Below, in pieces: positions 10,114 through 17,943 of a DNA stretch of 64,000 nucleotides (within the stretch, counting starts at the first letter, position 1; every line of letters starts with the position of its first letter). The stretch is from assembly GCA_021732215.1 (NCBI GenBank), contig JAKFVL010000010.1, positions 10,547 through 74,546 on the forward strand, given 5' to 3'. The notes under the pieces were generated by a model. That model had not been told where the DNA came from and did no database searches. It was given only the letters and a program-made list of their open reading frames with translations. The translations under genes and the position numbers were made by a program. This DNA is from Hyphomicrobiales bacterium. Its GTDB lineage: Bacteria; Pseudomonadota; Alphaproteobacteria; Rhizobiales; Xanthobacteraceae.

Positions 10114-10131
10114 ATGACAGTTTTGTGACAT
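10114..10131 (-). promoter_or_regulatory. candidate Pho box (PhoB binding site) upstream of the DUF47-pit operon
   Basis: The plus strand reads ATGACAG-TTTT-GTGACAT. The minus strand reads ATGTCAC-AAAA-CTGTCAT, i.e. two 7-bp direct repeats with a 4-nt A/T spacer matching the CTGTCAT-N4-CTGTCAT consensus. It lies 26 nt upstream of the ATG at 10157. Confidence 0.6.
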
Positions 10132-10156
10132 AACCATTTTGTCGGGGTAAGGGTTG

Positions 10157-10801
10157 ATGCTTCGCTGGTTTCGGGCGCTGCTTCCGCGGGAGGAGCGGTT
10201 TTTCGATCTGTTCGCGCAACACTCGGTGACGCTGGTGCAGGGTGCCCGCGCGCTGCAGGACATGCTCAAGGGCGGTGACGACACCGTCGTCCATTGCCAG
10301 CGGATCAATCAGTTCGAGAGCGAGGCCGACAACATCACCCGCGAGGTGCTGACCGCGGTGCGCCGGACGTTCATCACGCCGTTCGACCGCGGCGACATCA
10401 AGGATCTGATCACGTCGATGGACGACGCCATCGACCAGATGCAGCAGACCGCTAAGGCGGTATTGCTGTTCGAAGTCAAGATGTTCGAGCCGCCGATGCG
10501 CGAGATAGGCTCGCTGCTGGTGGAATGCGCCAATCTGGTGCAGCGCGCGATCCCGCTGATGACCGCGATGGGCGACAACGTCTCGATGCTCAACGCGATC
10601 ACCGAGGAACTCACCAAGCTCGAGGGCCGCGTCGACGATCTGCACGACATCGGCCTGAAGGAACTGTTCCTCAAGCACCGCGACGCCAATGCCATCGACT
10701 TCATCGTCGGCAATGAAATCTACAAACATCTCGAAAAGGTATCGGACCGGTTCGACGACGTTGCCAACGAGATCAACAGCATCCTGATTGAACAGGTTTA
10801 G
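10157..10801 (+). CDS. DUF47 / PhoU-like phosphate transport regulator (homolog of the S. meliloti orfA upstream of pit)
   Basis: About 214 aa with the TIGR00153-like pattern (FFDLFAQH...ESEADNITREV...ITPFDRGDIKDL...DDVANEI). ATG at 10157 follows a TTG at 10154. Confidence 0.9.
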   Translation: MLRWFRALLPREERFFDLFAQHSVTLVQGARALQDMLKGGDDTVVHCQRINQFESEADNITREVLTAVRRTFITPFDRGDIKDLITSMDDAIDQMQQTAKAVLLFEVKMFEPPMREIGSLLVECANLVQRAIPLMTAMGDNVSMLNAITEELTKLEGRVDDLHDIGLKELFLKHRDANAIDFIVGNEIYKHLEKVSDRFDDVANEINSILIEQV

Positions 10802-10849
10802 AGCATGATCCCGAAAAGTGGGAACCGGTTTTCGGACCAGATCATGCTC
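10801..10849. repeat. family-A palindromic element (GAGCATGATC...CCGGTTTTCGG...GATCATGCTC), copy 1
   Basis: 49-bp near-perfect palindrome directly after the DUF47 stop and before pit. Confidence 0.85.
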
Positions 10850-10878
10850 AAATACCAAAACCGGCGGGAGGGATCGCG

Positions 10879-11883
10879 GTGGACGCCACCCTGACACTTC
10901 CGATTCTGATCGCGCTGATCGGCGTTGCGCTGCTGTTCGATTTTCTCAACGGCCTGCATGACGCTGCGAATTCGATCGCCACCATCGTCTCGACCCGCGT
11001 CTTGCGCCCGCAATATGCAGTGGCGTGGGCGGCGTTCTTCAACTTCATCGCGTTTCTGTTTTTTGGCCTGCACGTCGCCCAGACCCTGGGAACGGGCATC
11101 ATCGATCCCGGCGTGGTCGATCCGGCAGTGATCTTCGCTGCACTGGTCGGCGCGATCGCGTGGAATCTGATCACATGGTGGCTTGGCATCCCGTCGAGCA
11201 GTTCGCATGCGCTGATCGGCGGACTCGTCGGCGGTGGCGTCGCCAAGGCGGGGCTCTCGGCGATGGTCTGGACCGGGCTCAGCAAGACGCTGCTGGCGAT
11301 CGTTCTGTCGCCTCTGGTCGGTTTCCTGCTGGCGCTGGTGCTGGTGTGGATCGTCTCGTGGCTGTCGGTGCGCTCGACACCGTTCGCGGTGGACCGCGCC
11401 TTTCGCATCCTCCAGTTCGTCTCCGCCTCGCTCTATTCGCTGGGGCACGGCGGCAACGACGCACAGAAGACGATGGGTATCATCGCCGTTCTCCTGTTTT
11501 CGCAGGGCTATCTCGGCTCTGAATTCAGCGTACCGTTCTGGGTTGTGATCACATGCCAGGCGGCAATGGGGCTCGGCACGCTGATGGGCGGCTGGCGCAT
11601 CGTGCGCACCATGGGGCTGCGCATCACCAAGCTGACGCCGATGCAGGGCTTCTGCGCCGAGACCGGCGGCGCCGCGACGCTGTTCGCCGCGACCTGGCTC
11701 GGCGTCCCGGTCTCCACCACTCACACCATCACCGGAGCAATTGTCGGCGTCGGCGCCGCCAAGCGCTCGTCGGCAGTGCGGTGGAACGTGGCGAGTTCGA
11801 TCGTCTATGCGTGGGTGATCACAATCCCGGCGTCGGCGGCGATTTCGGCGGCGACGTATTGGTTCGTTCAGGCTGTCAAATGA
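10879..11883 (+). CDS. pit: inorganic phosphate transporter, PiT (PHO4) family
   Basis: 334 aa, GTG start. FDFLNGLHDAANSIAT and GHGGNDAQKTMGII are the paired PHO4 signature repeats. Confidence 0.92.
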   Translation: MDATLTLPILIALIGVALLFDFLNGLHDAANSIATIVSTRVLRPQYAVAWAAFFNFIAFLFFGLHVAQTLGTGIIDPGVVDPAVIFAALVGAIAWNLITWWLGIPSSSSHALIGGLVGGGVAKAGLSAMVWTGLSKTLLAIVLSPLVGFLLALVLVWIVSWLSVRSTPFAVDRAFRILQFVSASLYSLGHGGNDAQKTMGIIAVLLFSQGYLGSEFSVPFWVVITCQAAMGLGTLMGGWRIVRTMGLRITKLTPMQGFCAETGGAATLFAATWLGVPVSTTHTITGAIVGVGAAKRSSAVRWNVASSIVYAWVITIPASAAISAATYWFVQAVK

Positions 11884-11899
11884 TCGAGCTTTCGGGTCG

Positions 11900-12214
11900 C
11901 TAGGTCACGACTCTCAGTCCGACGATGCCGGCGACGATCAGGCCGATGCAGGCGAGACGGAGCGCGGTTGCGGGTTCGCCGAACAGCACGACGCCGAGGA
12001 TGGCCGTTCCGACCGTGCCAATACCCGTCCAGACCGCGTAGGCCGTGCCGACGGGCAGGGTTTTCAGCGCCAGTCCGAGCAGCACGATGCTGCCGACCAT
12101 GCAGAGGCCGGTCAGGGCGGATGGCACCAGCCGCGTAAATCCTTCGGTGAACTTCAGCCCGATGGCCCAGCCGATTTCCAGCAGCCCCGCGATAAACAGG
12201 ATCGTCCAGGCCAT
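11900..12214 (-). CDS. sugE: SMR family small multidrug resistance protein SugE/Gdx
   Basis: [21 protein letters not shown]...[17 protein letters not shown] is the typical four-TM SugE pattern. Start taken at the second ATG (12214) of ORF 11900..12229. Confidence 0.9.
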   Translation of the reverse strand: MAWTILFIAGLLEIGWAIGLKFTEGFTRLVPSALTGLCMVGSIVLLGLALKTLPVGTAYAVWTGIGTVGTAILGVVLFGEPATALRLACIGLIVAGIVGLRVVT

Positions 12215-12382
12215 CGTCGCATTCTCCATCTGATTTCACGGCTTGGTCTAGGCGACCCGCGATTCAGATGCAAGTGCATGTATCTCCAAGGGACCCAACA
12301 GCGTTGCGGAAGGCGGCACCCCTTGATCCTGCCGCCTTTCTTTGCGACACGCGGGCACACTCAAAACCACAGACTGACAGCC

Positions 12383-14008
12383 GTGACCGATCTCGCCACG
12401 CCATCGACCGCATCCGCCGCGCCCGCATCCTCGCTGAAAGCAGAGGTCGCGCGCCGCCGCACGTTCGCGATCATCTCGCATCCCGACGCCGGCAAGACGA
12501 CGCTGACGGAAAAGCTGCTGCTGTTCGGCGGCGCCATCAATCTGGCCGGGCAGGTGAAGGCCAAGGGCGAACGGCGCAACACGCGCTCCGACTGGATGAA
12601 GATCGAGCGTGAGCGCGGCATCTCGGTCGTGACCTCGGTGATGACCTTCGAGTTCGAGAACCTCGTCTTCAACCTGCTCGACACGCCTGGCCACGAAGAC
12701 TTCTCGGAAGACACCTATCGCACGCTGACCGCGGTCGATTCCGCGGTGATGGTGATCGACGCCGCCAAGGGCATCGAAGCGCGCACGCGCAAGCTGTTCG
12801 AGGTCTGCCGGCTGCGCGACATTCCGATCATCACCTTCATCAATAAAATGGACCGCGAGAGCCGCGATCCGTTCGACCTGATGGATGAGATCGAAAAGAC
12901 ACTTGCGCTCGATACCACGCCGATGACGTGGCCGGTGGGACGCGGGCGCGATTTCCTCGGCACCTACGACATCGCGACGGGCGGCATCCGTCTGCTCGAA
13001 GGCGGCGGGGCGAAAACCGGCGCGGCCGAGCAGATCGATATCGCCGATCTCGGCGGCCGCAACGCCAATCTCGATGTGGCGGCGGTCAGGGAAGAACTCG
13101 CGCTGGTCTCGGAGGCTTGCAAGCCATTCGATCTGGAGTCGTTTCGCGAAGGGCATCTGACGCCGGTGTTTTTCGGATCGGCGCTTCGCAACTTCGGCGT
13201 CGGCGATCTGCTGGAAGGTCTCGGCAAGTATGCACCGCCGCCGCGCGCGCAGGAGGCGAGCGGCCGCAGGGTCGAGGCGGATGAAGCGAAGATGTCGGCC
13301 TTCGTTTTCAAGATTCAGGCCAACATGGACCCGAACCATCGCGATCGCATCGCGTTCGCGCGGCTGTGCTCGGGCAAGCTGACGCGCGGCATGAAAGCGA
13401 AGCTGGTGCGTACCGGCAAGCCGATGCCGCTGTCGTCGCCGCAGTTCTTCTTCGCGCAGGATCGTGCGGTGGCGGACGAAGCGTTCGCGGGCGACGTGGT
13501 CGGCATTCCGAACCACGGCTCGCTCCGCATCGGCGACACGCTGACCGAGGGCGAAGACATTGTATTCGTTGGCGTGCCGTCGTTCGCGCCGGAAATTTTG
13601 CGCCGCGTGCGGCTGACCGATGCGATGAAGGCGAAGAAACTGAAAGAAGCCTTGCAGCAGATGTCGGAGGAGGGCGTCGTGCAGGTGTTCCGCCCCCGCG
13701 ACGGCGCACCGGCGCTGGTCGGCGTCGTGGGACAGTTGCAACTCGACGTGCTGAAGGCCCGGCTCGATGCCGAGTATGGTCTGCCGGTGGATTTCGAGAT
13801 CAGCGAGTTTTCGCTGGCGCGCTGGATTTCGTCGGACGACCGCAAGAAGCTGGAGACTTTTATCGCCAACAACGGCTCGGGCGTCGCCGACGACGTCGAC
13901 GGCGACCCGGTGTTTCTCGCCAGGAACGAGTTCTATCTCGGCTACACCCGAGAGCGGGCCGAGGGCATCGCCTTCACCAACGTTAAGGATGTGAAGAAGA
14001 AGTCCTGA
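12383..14008 (+). CDS. prfC: peptide chain release factor 3
   Basis: GTP-binding motifs AIISHPDAGKTTLTEK, DTPGHEDF and NKMD, with full-length RF3 similarity. GTG at 12383 chosen inside ORF 12278..14008; the start is uncertain. Confidence 0.93.
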   Translation: MTDLATPSTASAAPASSLKAEVARRRTFAIISHPDAGKTTLTEKLLLFGGAINLAGQVKAKGERRNTRSDWMKIERERGISVVTSVMTFEFENLVFNLLDTPGHEDFSEDTYRTLTAVDSAVMVIDAAKGIEARTRKLFEVCRLRDIPIITFINKMDRESRDPFDLMDEIEKTLALDTTPMTWPVGRGRDFLGTYDIATGGIRLLEGGGAKTGAAEQIDIADLGGRNANLDVAAVREELALVSEACKPFDLESFREGHLTPVFFGSALRNFGVGDLLEGLGKYAPPPRAQEASGRRVEADEAKMSAFVFKIQANMDPNHRDRIAFARLCSGKLTRGMKAKLVRTGKPMPLSSPQFFFAQDRAVADEAFAGDVVGIPNHGSLRIGDTLTEGEDIVFVGVPSFAPEILRRVRLTDAMKAKKLKEALQQMSEEGVVQVFRPRDGAPALVGVVGQLQLDVLKARLDAEYGLPVDFEISEFSLARWISSDDRKKLETFIANNGSGVADDVDGDPVFLARNEFYLGYTRERAEGIAFTNVKDVKKKS

Positions 14009-14219
14009 GAACGGTTTCCTGCCCGCCTGCGCAGAAGTAATTGTCGGCGCTGCCTTTTCTGCCGATAACCAAATCAGGACAGCGCGGCCTGTGTTTCATG
14101 ATTGGCAATTGGCGGCACGGGGTCACGGGGGTAAGATGCCGGCATTGAATGACTGCGAATTTCATTAGTGGATTAGAGACCGGGTTCCGAACCCATAGCG
14201 ATAACGGCGCGCCTCACCG

Positions 14220-14600
14220 ATGCAGACCTTCGACCATTTCTTCAATGCGGCGATCGCCGAATGGCCTGAGCGGCTGGAGCTGAAGGTGGTCGCGTGCGGT
14301 CCGGTCTATGTGGTCCAGGGCCTCGCGCCGCTTCAGGAGAAGTTGTCGGCGAACTGGGCCAACACGTCATTCGCCGTGTTGATGAGCAACATGCATTGGG
14401 CGATTTCAGCGGTGGTCAACCGCGCATTCGAGACCCAACAGGTGGTCTACATCCGCGATCTCAACAAGGATGCCATCCGTGAGAAGTTCGAGGCTGACCT
14501 CAACGTCATTCTTCACCGGTCGCTGAACTGGAGTTCCACGGACATCGCGGCGATCAAGGCCTACGTCGCCGGCCAGGGACATTTGCCGCTCGGCGCTTGA
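14220..14600 (+). CDS. hypothetical protein
   Basis: 126-aa ORF with good codon bias. No recognisable motif. Confidence 0.55.
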   Translation: MQTFDHFFNAAIAEWPERLELKVVACGPVYVVQGLAPLQEKLSANWANTSFAVLMSNMHWAISAVVNRAFETQQVVYIRDLNKDAIREKFEADLNVILHRSLNWSSTDIAAIKAYVAGQGHLPLGA

Positions 14601-14645
14601 ATCCGGTCTGTTCCGATCCCACGTCTTCCATGGACGGAGGCGCCC

Positions 14646-15251
14646 ATGTTGCGGACCGCATGCCTGCTTGCTTCTGCATTGGCGATCGCCGCGACACCTT
14701 CGCTCGGCCGCGACCGGAACGGTCCGCTCAACAGCGCGCCTTACTCCCAGAATCCATGCAGCTTTCTTGACGGGGTTCCGTGCACGCCGACATTCTGCGG
14801 CGTGTTCAATGAAGGGCCGTGCGTGCCCGACCTGCCGTTCCCCTATGGTAGCGGCGATCTTCGGCTCACCATCGAGAGCGAGCCGAAGGCGGCCGACGCT
14901 GCGAGATATCAGAGGCCGGATCACGACCTGAATACGCTGGGCGACCTCTACGCGATGCTGCGATCCTGCTGGACCCCGCCGCAGCGCGACGCGGCGCGGG
15001 AGGGGATGCAGATGTCGGTGCGATTCGCGTTCAAGCGCTCAGGCGATGTGATTGCGAAACCGGTTGTCACCTATGCGACGCCGGACACGCCAAACGAAGT
15101 CAAGGACGTCTATCGCGACGCCATTGACGCTGCGCTGTCGCGTTGCGCTCCGTTGCCATTGACCAAGGGCCTCGGCAACGCGATCGCCGGCAAGCCGATC
15201 AACATCCGCTACGTCGACAACCGGGCGCTCGGCGAACCCGTCAAGCAGTGA
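14646..15251 (+). CDS. exported hypothetical protein (Cys-rich N-terminal part; C-terminal part reminiscent of a TonB/TolA C-terminal fold)
   Basis: Signal peptide MLRTACLLASALAIAATPSLG; 201 aa. The fold suggestion is only an impression from the LRSCWTPP...VRFAFKRSG...RCAPLPL pattern. Confidence 0.6.
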   Translation: MLRTACLLASALAIAATPSLGRDRNGPLNSAPYSQNPCSFLDGVPCTPTFCGVFNEGPCVPDLPFPYGSGDLRLTIESEPKAADAARYQRPDHDLNTLGDLYAMLRSCWTPPQRDAAREGMQMSVRFAFKRSGDVIAKPVVTYATPDTPNEVKDVYRDAIDAALSRCAPLPLTKGLGNAIAGKPINIRYVDNRALGEPVKQ

Positions 15252-15258
15252 TGCACGA

Positions 15259-15498
15259 TCACTTCGCGCCACGCAGCTTGCACGAGGTGGTGCAGGTGAC
15301 GGTGTTGCCGCCCTTGCACTTCTTGCAGGCGTCGACACACTCCTCCATCAGCGAGGGATCGTACCTGGCGTAAATCTGCGCGACGCAGAGCTTCTGTTCG
15401 GGTGTGAACTCGTCGTCTTTCGAACAGCCGATGAGCACCGATAACCCAAGAAGCGCGAGACATCCGATCTTCAGACGGTGCGTTCCCACATGCGTCAT
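15259..15498 (-). CDS. small Cys-rich lipoprotein
   Basis: Internal ATG of ORF 15259..15534. Lipobox LSVLIGC. The mature part of about 55 aa carries 6 Cys (CVAQ, ECVDACKKC, TC, SC). Confidence 0.55.
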   Translation of the reverse strand: MTHVGTHRLKIGCLALLGLSVLIGCSKDDEFTPEQKLCVAQIYARYDPSLMEECVDACKKCKGGNTVTCTTSCKLRGAK

Positions 15499-15702
15499 GT
15501 GCAATTGATCTCGTCCGCTGAATGAAGCGATCAAAGTTCTGCGGTCTCAATTGTCACCGAATTGTCGTGATCCGCGCAGCCGATGCAAGCATCTCGACGC
15601 CAGGCAACACGGTGGGCGGCTGGTTAACCGCCGTAATCCCGCCATTGTTTGTGCATGCGGCAGTGCACTTGTTGCGTGTTTGCAGGTGTTCCCGATTTAT
15701 CC

Positions 15703-15731
15703 TTGCTAAGGCAGGGCAGATACCCTATATA
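15703..15731 (+). promoter_or_regulatory. candidate sigma70-type promoter of cspA (TTGCTA-N17-TATATA)
   Basis: -35 TTGCTA at 15703-15708, a 17-nt spacer, and -10 TATATA at 15726-15731. This would give a leader of about 145 nt before the cspA ATG at 15883. Confidence 0.5.
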
Positions 15732-15882
15732 GCCGTTATTCGTTTTGCGGCTTGGCTTGTTGACCGCGCCTCCTTTGCTTCAGGCACGAGGCTCTTCTCA
15801 CTGAGACATCGTCGAAATTCGAACCAGTCCGTGCGAGGTCGCGCGGACTTCGAAACTACGTTGTTTTTGGAGAAGTGTTACG

Positions 15883-16092
15883 ATGGCTACAGGTACCGTT
15901 AAGTGGTTCAACTCGCAAAAGGGCTTCGGCTTTATTCAGCCGAACGATGGCGGCAAGGATGTGTTCGTTCACATCAGCGCCGTTGAGCGGGCTGGCATGA
16001 GCACCCTCAACGAGGGTCAGAAGATCAACTACGAAGAAAAAGAAGACCGCATGCGCGGCAAGGTCAGCGCCGAGAATCTCAGCGCAGCCTGA
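15883..16092 (+). CDS. cspA: cold-shock protein (CspA family)
   Basis: [17 protein letters not shown] (RNP1) and DVFVHISA (RNP2); 69 aa. Confidence 0.95.
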   Translation: MATGTVKWFNSQKGFGFIQPNDGGKDVFVHISAVERAGMSTLNEGQKINYEEKEDRMRGKVSAENLSAA

Positions 16093-16300
16093 TTTCTTCG
16101 GGCCTGATATTTCGTCAAGAATGACATTGTCAGGTCATCAAATCGGAGCATGATCGGCAGGCAACGCGGTATCCGCGTTGCGCCGGAAGGCTCCAGAACC
16201 GGAACTGCCACGGATGTACTGGCGTTCTTGTTCGCGAAGCGCCGCTTTCACCTGACGGGTGACAGCGGCGTTGCTGTTTATGGACCGCGGTTCGGGAATT

Positions 16301-16321
16301 GGACGCTGCCGCACAGCGTCC
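16301..16321 (-). terminator. hairpin immediately downstream of the exported-protein gene 16325..16882 (no U-run)
   Basis: GGACGCTG-CCGCA-CAGCGTCC, an 8-bp perfect stem 4 nt after the stop codon. Confidence 0.35.
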
Positions 16322-16324
16322 GCC

Positions 16325-16882
16325 TTACGAGGCGAAAGCGTTACCAGCCCGGATCGAGCACGACGTGCCGGACACATCGGTCGAAATAATGCGGTACATC
16401 CTGCCGTCCATGCCCTTGTGATACAGATCCTGACCGTTCTCCTTGCCGAAGATCACGCGCAGACTGCACCCGGAAAAACCGCCATTGAACGTCGCCTGAA
16501 TGCGCCGTGCGCCGCTGCGCATCTGATTTTCGACAGCCAGTGTCTGCCCCTCGAAACTCGTCGCCAGATTGCTCGATCCCTGGCCGGAGCGCTGGCTGCC
16601 GCCATCTGGATCGGCGTCGGTGTTGTTTGAGCGGTTGCGGTTGTTCTGCCGCGTCAGGCGCGTGAACATCCGGCCATTGTCGCTGATGTAGACCAGCAGT
16701 ACCGATGAGGTGTTGCTGCGCGTCGTGTCGCCCGCGTCGGCTTTTTGGACGCGGAACTCGCCCCATGAGAGCCGCACTGTCTTGTTGTAGAGCGCCTTTG
16801 GCGCGTCGGCAGTTGCAGCATTTGTCAGGAGAACAAGCGTGGCCGCAGACACTCCGCAGCGCAAACAAGAACGAAGAGCCAT
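16325..16882 (-). CDS. exported hypothetical protein
   Basis: Internal ATG at 16882 of ORF 16325..17179. Signal peptide MALRSCLRCGVSAATLVLLTNAATADA; 185 aa; low-complexity N/R/S-rich centre. Confidence 0.6.
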   Translation of the reverse strand: MALRSCLRCGVSAATLVLLTNAATADAPKALYNKTVRLSWGEFRVQKADAGDTTRSNTSSVLLVYISDNGRMFTRLTRQNNRNRSNNTDADPDGGSQRSGQGSSNLATSFEGQTLAVENQMRSGARRIQATFNGGFSGCSLRVIFGKENGQDLYHKGMDGRMYRIISTDVSGTSCSIRAGNAFAS

Positions 16883-17010
16883 TGCAAATGTCCTCGTCTC
16901 AAGAATGTATGGAATGCGCCGACATACTAGCATCCGGACCTGAATTCGCAATCCAGATGGACAGCGGAGCAAGGTAGTCCGTGCGCTGCATCGACGTGCA
17001 ATGTCTGCGA

Positions 17011-17505
17011 TCAGACCGCGCGAGCGATCTTCAGCGCCTCGACGTTCCTTTTGATGTTGGCGAGTGCTGTCGCCGCTTCCTCGTCGATGCGGCGGATCAT
17101 CTCGTCGGTCGGAGGTTTCTTGCGCTTCGGGTTTGCAATCGTGCGGGTGAACTTCGTCGCGCCCGCCAGTTCCTCGCACGTGTAGGTGCAGACGATCGGG
17201 CCGATGAAATCGGTGTTGGCTGTTGCGGTCCAGAGCGTGGGTTGAATCCGGTCAAGTACGGTCCAGTCGAGTGCGACCTCGCCGGTGCTGGTGCGCCATT
17301 TTTCGTGGAACGTTTCGCCCTTCTGCAGCGGACGGTTCGGGCTGTCGATATGATGCGACGCCGCGATCCACTCTGGCCACGATTGCGGATTGCTGACGTA
17401 ATCCAGCACGGCGGCGGGCATCGCCTCGATGACGATATCGTGGCTGCGCTCGTAACAAAACGTTTCGGACGCGGCGCTCTCGGACATACTGTTCCCCCGA
17501 TCCAT
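17011..17505 (-). CDS. SRPBCC (polyketide cyclase/dehydrase-like) family protein
   Basis: 164 aa. VLDYVSNPQSWPEWIAAS is typical of Polyketide_cyc2/SRPBCC proteins. Confidence 0.7.
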   Translation of the reverse strand: MDRGNSMSESAASETFCYERSHDIVIEAMPAAVLDYVSNPQSWPEWIAASHHIDSPNRPLQKGETFHEKWRTSTGEVALDWTVLDRIQPTLWTATANTDFIGPIVCTYTCEELAGATKFTRTIANPKRKKPPTDEMIRRIDEEAATALANIKRNVEALKIARAV

Positions 17506-17619
17506 GTTCTTGCGGAGCCGATGAGGGGGATCAAGCGGCAGACCGGCGGCAATTGTGTGGCGGTCGGCTTTGTGGTTTGTCTAGCGGCGATAAGCCCGCC
17601 GAACAGGAGATGAGCCGTC

Positions 17620-17943
17620 ATGCCACGTTACGAAGGCGGAGGACGTCACCGCCTTGCCAACGAGCGCGAGGCCGGCCTTGGGTCGAGCGCCGATGCGCGC
17701 ATTCAGTATCGCGTGGTGGATCCGAACACGATTCAGAGCATTCAGGACAACAAGGCTCCTATCGCGACCTTTACGATCAAGGTCGGCAGCTCGAGCTGCA
17801 GCCTCGAATATCAGGCGAAGCTGAAACCGGGGAAGACCGAATATGTCTCGTTCTCGCAGTTGGCCGGCAAGATGGAGCGCTGCAAGAGCTTCACTCTGGC
17901 GCACCATACCTGCACCATCAACCAGGCGGCGCGCCGAGGATGA
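17620..17943 (+). CDS. hypothetical protein, translationally coupled to the downstream TPR gene
   Basis: 107-aa ORF. Its TGA overlaps the ATG of the next gene (ATGA at 17940-17943). Confidence 0.5.
   Translation: MPRYEGGGRHRLANEREAGLGSSADARIQYRVVDPNTIQSIQDNKAPIATFTIKVGSSSCSLEYQAKLKPGKTEYVSFSQLAGKMERCKSFTLAHHTCTINQAARRG

Noticed and set aside
12215-12382. I looked for a guanidine riboswitch (ykkC, mini-ykkC or guanidine-III) upstream of sugE/gdx. The spacer contains a 9-bp hairpin, AAGGCGGCA...TGCCGCCTT, at 12310-12338.
   Set aside because: None of the signatures I can recall is present: no paired ACGR-loop hairpins, no GGGA/ACACGG/CCCGGGAGA-type ykkC core, and no guanidine-III pseudoknot sequence. 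The hairpin lies closer to prfC and has no clear U-run on either strand, so it remains an unexplained stem only.
14170-14205. The sequence GACCGGGTTCCGAACCCATAG resembles a tRNA T-arm.
   Set aside because: The stem is only 3-4 bp, the T-loop consensus GTTCGAATC is absent, and no acceptor, D or anticodon arms can be built around it.
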